In this document: piece after piece, positions 28,701 to 39,500 of the stretch
Layout of the letters: each line of letters begins with the position of its first letter
Numbering within the stretch: the stretch's first letter is position 1
DNA from: Balanoglossus misakiensis
Lineage: Eukaryota > Animalia > Hemichordata
Assembly (NCBI GenBank): GCA_040954595.2
Contig: CM082581.2
Span: 13,093,921 to 13,157,920 of the forward strand
Direction of reading: 5' to 3'
Length of the DNA: 64,000 bases
Position numbers and translations under genes: made by a program
The notes under the pieces: generated by a model
The model's input: only the letters and a program-made list of their open reading frames with translations
Database searches by the model: none
Told to the model about the DNA's origin: nothing

Positions 28701-30716
28701 CTTTGCTCAAAAAGTGAATTTGTGCAAATTTGCCTCATCCTGCACTTCTGTAGAGCTGTGTTGAGGACATTGATTTCAGTGCTTCAAATAGGGCGTATAT
28801 TTTATCATTGCAAGTGGGCTGACACAACTCTTTGAATGGATTTGAGCACGAACGATGGCTGCTGTACATCATTTAAGTGTACAACAATGCTTCATGTTTG
28901 CTCTGTTAAATGTTAAAATGCTTTTTTTTTCTTTTTATGTTTCTTTGCATGCAGATAAGACAGTTAAATTATGGAAAGTGTCGGAACGAGACAAAAGGTG
29001 GGAAGGTTACAATCTAAAGGAAGAAGATGGCACACTACTAGACCCAATGGGACTTGGAGGTCTGAGGGTGCCTGCAGTGAAGCCAATGGAACTCATGGTC
29101 GAAGCTAGTCCACGGCGAATATTTGCCAATGCGCACACCTATCATATCAACTCGATATCTGTGAATAGTGACGGCGAAACGTATATATCCGCCGACGACC
29201 TTAGGATTAATCTCTGGCACCTAGCTGTAACAGATCAGAGCTTTAGTATCCTTTTCAGAGACAATACATTTTTACCCCCTCCCACCTCTGTAACTTGGTT
29301 GAGCCCTGATGTTTTCAGTGGTAGTGGTTTGAACCACCTGTAGAGAAATAGGGATGAGGGAGTGTCAATGTCCTGACTGTTGAATTTGACAAGGAATTAG
29401 TTCTCTGATGTGTGACTGAGGCCAATATCTGTGATGATGGAGTTCATGCACCACGCATACTCGACCGTGAGTGAGAGTCATACTCATTATCAAATCTGAG
29501 ACTTTGGCCCTCAGTGTTTTAAAACCTGATATACAGGTGATTAAGCTTTCCTTGTGCTCTGTTATTTTGGATCCTTAACCACTTTGTGCAGACATTGTTG
29601 ATATAAAGCCAGCCAATATGGAAGAGTTGACTGAAGTTATCACAGCAGCAGAATTTCACCCCAAGGAATGCAACACATTTGTCTATAGCAGTAGCAAAGG
29701 AACGATTAGGTTATGTGACATGAGGGCCCAAGCCTTGTGTGACCAACACTCTAAATGTGAGTATAAGTGGTTTGATATTTATATATTTTTTCAGAATATG
29801 CCTTGCTAGTAGTGTTTATACATCTGGAGATGAAATTAATATAATGTATTTATAAATATTTTTTTCTGATTTCTTGCAGTGTTTGAAGAACCTGAAGATC
29901 CTAGCAATCGCTCCTTCTTTTCAGAGATTATCTCATCGATATCTGATGTTAGGTTTAGTCATAGTGGTCGCTACTTGATATCTAGGGACTATCTTTCAGT
30001 CAAAGTGTGGGATATCCACATGGATAGTGTTCCTGTAGAGACCTTCCAAGTTCACGAGTATCTGCGTAGTAAATTATGTTCCCTTTATGAAAACGACTGT
30101 ATATTTGATAAGTTTGAATGTGTATGGAATGGCACAGATAGGTAGGTAGCTTTTACATTTGTTTGTTTAAACTGTGTGTGTGTCTGTCTGTCTGTCTGTC
30201 AGTAAGGCCAGTGTGATGGTGTTGCAACTTTTAACTGGACTCTAGTCATAATACAGTTCAACAGCTACTTGATTGCACTGACATATCTGTTTACAAAAAG
30301 CAATTCAGTATTCTTAAAATCCACTTTAGCAACTGAATGTGTTCATTTCACTTTGCATATTGGTGCTATATTTGATATGAGCAACATCATACAGTTGAAG
30401 ACAATAATTTAACGTGATTGTCACTATTTTCTGTTGCAGTGCAATTATGACTGGTTCATATAATAACTTCTTCCGGATGTTCGATCGTAACACAAAGCGA
30501 GACATCACACTGGAGGCATCGAGAGAGAACGCGAAACCCAAGCAGGTGTTGAAGCCCCGGAGAGTGTGTGCGGGCGGCAAGCGGAAGAAAGATGAAATTA
30601 GTGTAGATAGCTTGGATTTCAACAAGAAGATCCTTCACACGGCGTGGCATCCGTCAGAAAACATCATAGCAGTAGCAGCTACAAACAATTTGTATATATT
30701 TACAGACAAGCAATAG
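22795..30716 (+). CDS. PPP2R2: PP2A 55-kDa regulatory subunit B (B55/PR55/twins), 8 coding exons, 443 aa
   Basis: Exons 22795-22801, 22940-23005, 23993-24090, 25242-25407, 28955-29245, 29592-29756, 29880-30141, 30440-30716 (1332 nt). Protein: [53 protein letters not shown]...[25 protein letters not shown]...[11 protein letters not shown]...[16 protein letters not shown]. Confidence 0.98.
29246..29591 (+). other. U12-type (minor spliceosome) GT-AG intron of B55
   Basis: 5' splice site GTATCCTTTT; branch point TCCTTAAC 29572-29579, 12 nt before the end of the intron. Splicing restores [15 protein letters not shown]. Confidence 0.95.
29426..29504 (+). ncRNA. Candidate intronic box C/D snoRNA
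   Basis: C box GTGATGA 29431-29437, D box CTGA 29496-29499, K-turn closing pairs C29429-G29500 and T29428-A29501, outer stem ACTGAGGCCAA (29415-29425)/TTGGCCCTCAGT (29504-29515); D box 92 nt upstream of the 3' splice site. Confidence 0.7.
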
Positions 30717-31722
30717 TAGTCGTGAGAGTAAAACAAAAAAGCTCTGCAGCCGGACACAATGTGTGGCAACGTTAGTTGTGTGCTGCAGGGTTTAGTCTAG
30801 GTCATCTGCACCAGTATACAAGATGCCATCTGATTGGCTGATATAGCGTGCAAGTATGCTTGGGCAGCACGTGACCCAAACCATTGGTACAGACGCAGGG
30901 CGTGCACCTGGTAATTGGCCACTGGTAATTGGAAGCTGGCTGGATTGCCCTATGTGCCCTGTAAGGCACTTGCACAGCTAGATTTGGCACGAGTACAAAA
31001 TAAGCAGTAGCCATGTATACTGGTGTAGATGGCATCGCTGTAGCTAGTTGAGTAATCTCTAGAAAACCCAGCCATGTTTTCACACTTGAGCAGCATTATG
31101 TATATTTCTGACTATTAAGTAATCTGTTTGCTTTTCTTATCTTTCCCCTTCTGTATTTGTTTCATCTCCAGTGATGTCTGCGTTTTTGTGATGATGATAA
31201 TTTGATTGGAAAGTGACCAAAATATAAAATGCCTTGCTCTCAGAGATAACTGCAGCAGCAGTTGCCCGGCTTGTTGGGTCTGAAAATAGGTGATCTGGAT
31301 GAATAAAATATCTTCCTGAATTTATGTAATAAAAATAGAAAGGAAAATCCACTGTATGATTTGTGTGGGCTTGAAGTTGATTTTGTGAAACAACAAAGTT
31401 GTGTACTACGGCCACAGTGTTCTATAATACAAAGAGCAGTTTGGGAAGAAGTGTATGCTGATTAGTCCCTTGGATTTGTCAAAGACAACTACCCAAGTGA
31501 AAAGGATTTGAGAGAATGGAATAGTGTTAAGTGAATGATAGCCCTTGACAAAAAAGTGGATATGTGTTTGGGTTATTTTGCAAACCTTGATCTACCTGAA
31601 GAACATTGAGGGGGGGGGGCACATATTCCCCTTCTCTGGATCCCAGAGGTGAAATCTGTATCGGTTATTGGCGTTTGAATGTGCCAGATTCCAAGAGACC
31701 CAACTTGGCCCTGGCTACTATC

Positions 31723-31746
31723 GCTGCTGCTGCTGCTGCTGCTGCT
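31723..31746 (+). repeat. (GCT)8 trinucleotide repeat in the presumed B55 3'UTR
   Basis: Read directly. Confidence 0.9.
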
Positions 31747-34700
31747 GTTATGTCAACTTAAAGAACATGTTACTTTTTTTTTGTATCATGACAGCTAATT
31801 TGATTGTACATGTACCAATGAAATACCTCAGTAATTCAAAGCTGTTAATTTTTTTTCTGATTCCACTGACTCTCACACACCGTGCTTCACTCCAGCCCTT
31901 GTGACTAGTACTGAAAAGTTATTTTCTATGAACTGCATACAAACATACACGGCGGGGTTTGCTACCATCCATTCCTTTATCATACTTAAAAATGTAAACG
32001 TTTTATCAACTGCCATTTACTAAATTTGCTTACTAAATTTGATATTGACCGTTGTAGCGTAGTCTTTCAGTGGGCGTCGCTCAAACTTCAAAGAATTAAA
32101 GCGAAACACAACATTGTTTTTTTAAGACATAGAAAGATATTTCAGAAATTAAAGTGTACCTTCCTGATTTTACTGCTACAGTGGGATTGAAATAAAATGG
32201 AGAACTTGTAATTTTTTTGGTCTCCCATGTGATTAGAAACTTCTTTTTGGATGCTGGCGACATCGAAAATGGGAAGTTGTTCTGTGAGGACTCGCAGAAT
32301 AAAAAGAAAAGAAAAAAAACTACTTTTGTAAAAAGTAACTAATCTAGAGCAAGTCTCATGCCAAGGTGAACATTATGTTTTCCATTTTGTGTCTGTATTA
32401 TCTTTAAAAAAAAGAGTCCATATTTGTTTCCAGTATAGTATTTAAAGTATATACATATACAGTGTAGAAGCTCTGTTGCCATGGTAACTATACTTCCCAC
32501 AAGTATGAGTCCCATCAAACACTGTCACCAAATGATAGTTTAATTCAGCTATGTTTTCTTTTGTCTTGAAAAAAACCCGAAATGTAATTTCTATTCAGAG
32601 GTTAACGAAACAACTGATCACAGACTTATGTATGTACATAGCATTTTCAATTTTTTTTTTGGCCCAGTGTAAGGAATTGCCTTTTGAAACTTAGTAAGTT
32701 AGAGCAAAGGAGGTCTGAGATTGTTTAAAACACACCTGTTATCTGGGGAGGGGGGGGGGGGGGGGGAGTTAAACAGAAAATGTGAATTTACTATGAACTT
32801 AAAAGGCAGGACAATGTAGCTTGTAGTTGTTTGTGTTCTGTAGAGCTCTTAGAGTGGTTATATGTTGATGTGTATAGAAAGGCAAGCGTTTTTGAAGCAG
32901 TCAATTTTACATTGTAACCTATGATGCCATTACAATCAAAGTGAGGTACTGTTTAGGAGCAAACTATTCAATAGTGTAAAAAAAGGGGCAATGTTTTATT
33001 TACAGTGCTGAGACAAATGTCAGACATTTTTTCATTATTTTGACGTCCGGTTGAAATTGAAGTACAGACTAAAATGATGTGGAGACTGAAAATGCCAAGT
33101 GCTGAGATTAAAATTTTCTGTGGGTCATATTTTTTTGTTAGAGTACAGAGGGACTTGCTGATGCTTATTACAAATTATGTACAGCATTGAACATAAACTG
33201 TTACTTTATGCCAATAGTACATAGAGCAAAAAAACATTGAATAGCCAATATTTGTTTCGAGTTTTCTTTTGCCAAGACAGTGGTTAATTTCTACAATTTA
33301 TCACCAGATGTGATCAAAATTAGCAATCTATCAAATGAATGAAAAGACTTTTGTGACATCAGTTGATGAACTTGGCTCTGGATTGTAAGGAAAACCTTCA
33401 AAGATTTGCTTTTTTGTGTATTTTAGAAATACTGGAATTTTTCGTAGTCCATGTTCTACAGCCACTTCATTTGGTTTTGATAATCAATCTTTAGAATACA
33501 TTATGTGCATGGGCTTGGATTGCAAGCTTCATCTTGTACAACATTCACAGTCTATCTCAGTCTGTAGTTCTTATTTCTCCCCCATGTTGCTTTGAATCTG
33601 TGCGGGTTCAGCTTTTGGAATCTTGTATCTTTTCACATCCATGCAATCAAGTTTGCATCTTGCCTGTATGTTGTGTCTAGTATTTGTCTGATATGAAAAT
33701 GTACGCCTAATATTTTGTTAGGGGAAAAAAAACTGAAAAAAACAGCAAATCATGATAAATTGAAGCATATGTGAGACCCTGGGATTATAGCAGTAATTTA
33801 TCTGTTGTCATTCCACATTCATCTCAAAACTGTTTATATTGGCCATGTTATGTGGCAAATTTTATTCAGAAAAAATAAAAAATAAAAAGAACTGTAATGA
33901 ATTGTTTGTACTGTTTGAATGTGTTTTCATCTAACCCATCAAGTTGAATTTGTCTCACACCTACCCACATGATGTGTAGCTGTGTACAGAGAGAAGCACA
34001 TGCAGCATATATGCAAAGTACTGTATGTTGTACATAATGTGAATTTGGCTGGACCATTACCCAGATGTTGAAAGACTGGGCTTTTCGAAATTTATGCCCC
34101 AGTAACCAGTCTTACAATAATAGACACAGAGCAATTGTAATGGTGAACTTGTATGAGGTCACAAGCGCGTCAAGAGTAAACACACTTAGTCGTTGGTGGC
34201 GCTGTAACATTGGCCATGCGTGCAGTCAGTGCCAAGTTTTCCCATTTTGTGCCAGTAAGCGCGCAGAATGCAAAATAAACTCACCGGAAAATATTAAAGA
34301 GCATACAACAATTTTTTTAGCATTTTCATTATAAATTTTTATTGGCTTTTTAAATCATTTAGTGCCAGTTGCCTGACTAGCTGCTTGTGACATCATATGC
34401 CATTTTTGTAAGTCTTTTTGTTTAATGTTTGAGATTTGCCAACACCTCATCAGGTATGGAACACAAGACACTCAATTACAACATGTGTATGCATTGGAAC
34501 CTATGTGCCTCATTGGTTGTTGGATGGAACCAACAATTCAAACCGAGACCCCTGATTGGTCAAAGGAGTGACTCCCAAGACAGCCTCTGGTTTTTGATCA
34601 AACCAGACTGAACCAGTTTTGACTGGTGTGGGCCTGATGATGCAAATTAGGGCTTCTACTGGACTACGATTGGCTGGTTGGGCTTGTAGGAGGATATGAA

Positions 34701-36448
34701 CAATTGCAGCTTTTGATTGTTCCAGTTTGATTATTGATGGCAGTGATAATACAGATACAATTACACAGACCTGAATACATGTAACCTCCCCCCCCCCCCC
34801 CTTTGGAATGTCACTTCTCTCAGACAACACAGAACGAAACCTCCCCCCATCCCACGTTCTCGACACTATTAAAGTTAAGCCACGGTAAACCTACCATCTA
34901 CGGCAAAAGTTTCAATCGAGAGAAGTGGCCTGACTGCAAATTTACATCGTGCTTTTCTCCGATATTTTGTAAGAAAATAGACAAATTGCTCATACGTATA
35001 TCTGGAATTAAACATCAAAAGGCTGTGTACATTTGTAATTTTCATGCTTTCTGGACTGAGTTTCAATTTGTCTTCATTAGGCAATTGCCTGAACTAAACT
35101 GAGACTTGTGCATAGGAACAAAAAAAAAATGCCAGCCACATGACAGCCTTTGACAATATCCCAATTTTTCATATATATAAAGTAAAACAAAACGTTTTAA
35201 TTTTTTTTTCTATTATTTTTCCGTGTCAAGTACAAAACCTACAAAACCAAATCTGCTACACTTTAGTTAAATGGCAGTCTGATCAGTTTCTTTTTTTTTC
35301 TATGCATGAGTGTGCGTGTTTCATTTCTTCCTTGTTTCTGTACATGACGCGTACACTTCACACAGATTTTTATCAAAACGAACAACAAAAGCTGAAGTAA
35401 TCGCCGAAAAAAAACAAACGGGAAAAGAATCTCAGTCGTATATTTACAATCATGGTTAACAGAGTTACCCGGGTCTCTGCTCAGTGGCAGCAGAAGATAC
35501 CATCACTGTTGGCTTTTTGAAAGACTAACAAGATTATTGACTACTGTTACTCAGAAATGCTCACTTCACTTCACTTTCGACATTATAAACACCCCCAGGT
35601 GCATGTTTACAATCGCCTTGTGCCTTTGAAGGGAGATGTGCACAGTGCATCTGACCTTTAGATTCTAATGTAATACTTCGGCCTACCGACGAACTTCTAT
35701 TGTTTGTCTCTACAGGAATGCCATGGGCATTGTACATGTCTATTTTAACATATCCTACTCACTGTCTGACACCTTTCCAGCTAAATATGCATGTACATGT
35801 ATTTTCTGTTTCCTTTTGGTCCGCTATTTGGGAAGTCATGATCTACCTCTACCGGTAGTTTGATTTGGGGAGTGAGAGCAATTGGGAAAACCAGAAGCTA
35901 TGTGTGAAAATTCAACTGAGATGCAATGCTGTAGAAAATAACTGAGTGAAGCAGTTCGATACACTTGTCCTGCAGTGGTCAACAGTGTCAAGATTCGAAG
36001 AAAAAATTGGAGAGAAAAATGAACAAGAGAGAAAATGACAAGTGGATCGAACAGCAGCACCTGCAGGCAGGCCAGAACGTGGTGACCTGTTGAGGTTCAA
36101 GACACTCCCACATAATGACCCTGTTTGGATGACCTTCTACGACATCCAAACTTGAACTCTCTGACACACACACACACACACACTGTGAAACTCTCACTGT
36201 GTGCACTACAGATAGGTGTCGAGTCCAAGGCTCTCAGTGCTGATTTGCAACGTGCCTCCTGTGACTTCGACCACTTCTTGCGCGAATTCTGCAGCTCTGT
36301 GCAAGTCTCTCAGGAGCGATATCTCCTGCATTTGGCATCCATCTTCTTCCGCATCTTCTTCCGTTCCTCAAAACTGCCGTTTCAAAACCTCACCCCCAAA
36401 AACTTGTAAATCGCGTCCTCCAAAAAAACGAGGAATGGTTTCACGCAA

Positions 36449-36548
36449 TCGCACGCGCTCAATTCGGACGGTTCCACTGTAAAGTACAGGGGAACGGATT
36501 GCATGCGCTCAATTCGGACTGTTCCACTGTAGAGTACAGGGGCACAGA
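36449..36548. repeat. 50-bp tandem duplication just 3' of the XPO7 stop codon
   Basis: gcacgcgctcaattcggacggttccactgtaaagtacaggggaacgga versus gcatgcgctcaattcggactgttccactgtagagtacaggggcacaga; period exactly 50. Confidence 0.9.
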
Positions 36549-36579
36549 TACTGCTGCTGAGTCTTCTGATCGGGAAGTA

Positions 36580-39500
36580 CTAACTCATCATATCTGTTGA
36601 TGTCATGGATATGGAATTGGTTGGGGCCTTCAAGGAATCATTGACATCCCTCCTGAACACCGATAGATTCTGAGTAAACCTGTGAAAGGGGGAAAAGATG
36701 AACTTTAGTTGCCACTGTTGGAAATATGGAATAATTTCTTTAAGTATATGCCAAAAGGGCAGAACATGAAGCAAACAACAGATATGCTAACTGTAATTGT
36801 GTAGTCAATATACAATTTATTTTCTGCACACAATGATACACACCTGTCTCTGTTCTTTGTAAGGAGATTTCTTTCAATGCTATCCATGAGATTCTCAAAA
36901 CACATGTGCATGGATTCTTGTTTCTCCACTGGTTGAGATCCGATGATCCTCTTCCTTAACTCTGTGAAATACTATCGGAAAAACGAAAGTATTTGTTGTG
37001 CTCTTACTAACACCAAAATTCCACAATACAAATTATAGGTGTAGTACTGACTATTCTGTCATTTAAATGATTAACACATCAGCAAGAATACTTGCTTGAT
37101 ATCAAGGTACTTACCTCTTCATTGAGTAATATAAGACCGAGTAAAGGCCGGGACATAGACCACTGGTTTCTGCAGTCTTCAAACATTATTATGTTCAAGA
37201 CTGTTGATAACATCTGCAAGGCACATAAATGCTCTGGTCATACACACATACTGGGGAAACGGGGTTGTTTGGGGGTTTATTGCTGATGCAAGAACACAAC
37301 TGGTACAAGAAAGTCTATTTTGAAGAAGAGATGCTTCATTTCATTGTCTCACCTGCTGAAGGATTTCTGGGTGTAACTCTAGTATTCTGAGAAAAGCTTC
37401 GTTTTCTTGGATGGCGTTGGCTCTCTTTTTGCTGGTTTTCGATAATCTCTTGAATAGGTAGGTGACAATGTGATCCAGAATGGCACAGCATCCTGTACAC
37501 ACCATTGTGTCTGTGGAGAAATATTTTAGGAATGGAATTCATGGAAGGCAGACAGAGAAAAGGTCTGTTGAATGGTTTAACAAAATCTCACAAAGTTGAC
37601 AAATCACACCCTACTCACCTAAAGCTACAAGTCCTTCTGATATTGATGACAATATATATAAGAAAACTTGAGGTTCCAGGTTTGCTATGAAATTCATATG
37701 ATCTTGTGCTAGGCACTCTAATAAGGCATAGTATGACTGACTCAGCTTGGGGTAATCCTGAGAGAAAAGAGTACAAAGTGAATTTTACTGGTTAGTCAAC
37801 TGCAGTGCAAATGATACACATGAGCATTTATCAAACACAATGCTTAATGATAAATTGATATGCCTAGATCACCACACAAACCATGAATACAGGTGATGTA
37901 CAGATCGTTGTTGACAAGCCCTGAGTGCGGCATAACATGACAAGACACAAATCCCCACCACTTAATTTTCTTCCCAAAAGTTGACTCACCAAGAGATCAC
38001 TATGTGGAATGGACAGAAGTAACTTGACAAACGTCTGCAGACCGTTCTCCAGGGCGTCGTCCCCATAGAGTTGAAAGACCCCAAAGTTGACGTAGTTGCC
38101 ACACAGTGCCGCCTTCAGCATGTTGAAACATATCGAGATTCCCTTCAACGTGAGTGTCAGTTAAAGACAACATGACAAAACACAGTCTGTAATCTACCAC
38201 ATTAATATCATAAAACAATAAATCAGACGGTTGTCTTTGAAGTACAGTCGCCACAATAAAGACATTATGCCTTCTCAGCATGTTGTTTCTCCTGTCCTGG
38301 TACAGATGTGTTTAAAAACACAACCTCTTTTTTCTTAACCTGAAATGCAATGAAATTGCCCATAACCATATCATATTACTACTCAATTTCAAATGATGTG
38401 GGTTGGAATGTGTTTGGGGTCGCACAAATGAAGTCAGCTAAAATTAGATGTGGCTGTCAGCGAAATACATTGAGTTGACAATTTAACAGATTTAGGAAAT
38501 GGAGTCCTATTCAGCCGACTGTGAAAATTCAGAGGGCAACAGAAAGTGGAACAGTGCAAGCAAACGGTTGTAGATTGTAGAGTGGATGTTCTGATATTGT
38601 GCTATCAAAGGATATTTCATGGGGTATATTCTATCTTTAGGTATATCACCAAGAGTCAGCACTCTGGTTCCTGCAAAGAAAGAGAGAAATAAAAAGTGCA
38701 TGAACTAATTAAAACAACGCAAACACAAATTATGAGCATCATCATTATTTAATGCAAAATCTGCATCTGATTATCTGAATGTGTCATTTAATTGTATGTA
38801 TGAAATAATTTTCCATCTTAATTTTAAGATTCTGAAGTGAGAATGTACATTCCTACTTCAAAATCACTAAAAATAGAAAATGACAATCAGTAAACATGAA
38901 CAAATGTATGTATTAAAGCTATACCATCGATTTCTGTAGTGACACATCTCTGCTGCTGTCAATAATGATCAATCACGTCCTGTGCACTCACCATAACTAA
39001 CTATCATTTTGCTGGTTTCTCTGAACAGTAAGATTCCGTTGGGCGAGGAGACGTCGAATTGCAGTCTCTGTGTTCTGTTCTGAACCAGTTCAGCCATGAG
39101 CTTCAGCACTGGTGTGGTGACTGCTGGGTCGTGGTACCATATCTCTATTGCACGTAACAAAATGGGCGTGTAGGCCGGGTAGCTGTGTAGGTGGGGGTGC
39201 TCAGTCAAGGAATAACAGGATGCGAATATTGATCAGGCAAGGAACAGAGTTACTCTTGTGAAGTTCTTAAAGACAATCAGGTAAACACACACACACACAC
39301 ACGGGATACTGCCACTACCAGATGAAATATTTTCAATGCAAAGGATACATCCAATCAAACAGCATCATGTAACTTGTCTTTGTGTTGATGGAAAAAGCCA
39401 CACCACGGAGGTCTCTGGCTAGACCAATTAGCGTCCTCTGTGAACAAATAAAAAGGTTAAACAACAAAATTTTAACAAAACTGTGTCATTTACAAATAAG

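Noticed and set aside
31723-31746. Homology of the (GCT)8 tract to the SCA12 CAG repeat of human PPP2R2B
   Set aside because: The SCA12 repeat lies in the 5' region of the gene; this is an ordinary microsatellite downstream of the stop codon.
36449-36548. CRISPR-like repeat array or other prokaryotic system
   Set aside because: Only two abutting copies with no unique spacer and no cas genes, in a eukaryotic 3'UTR.
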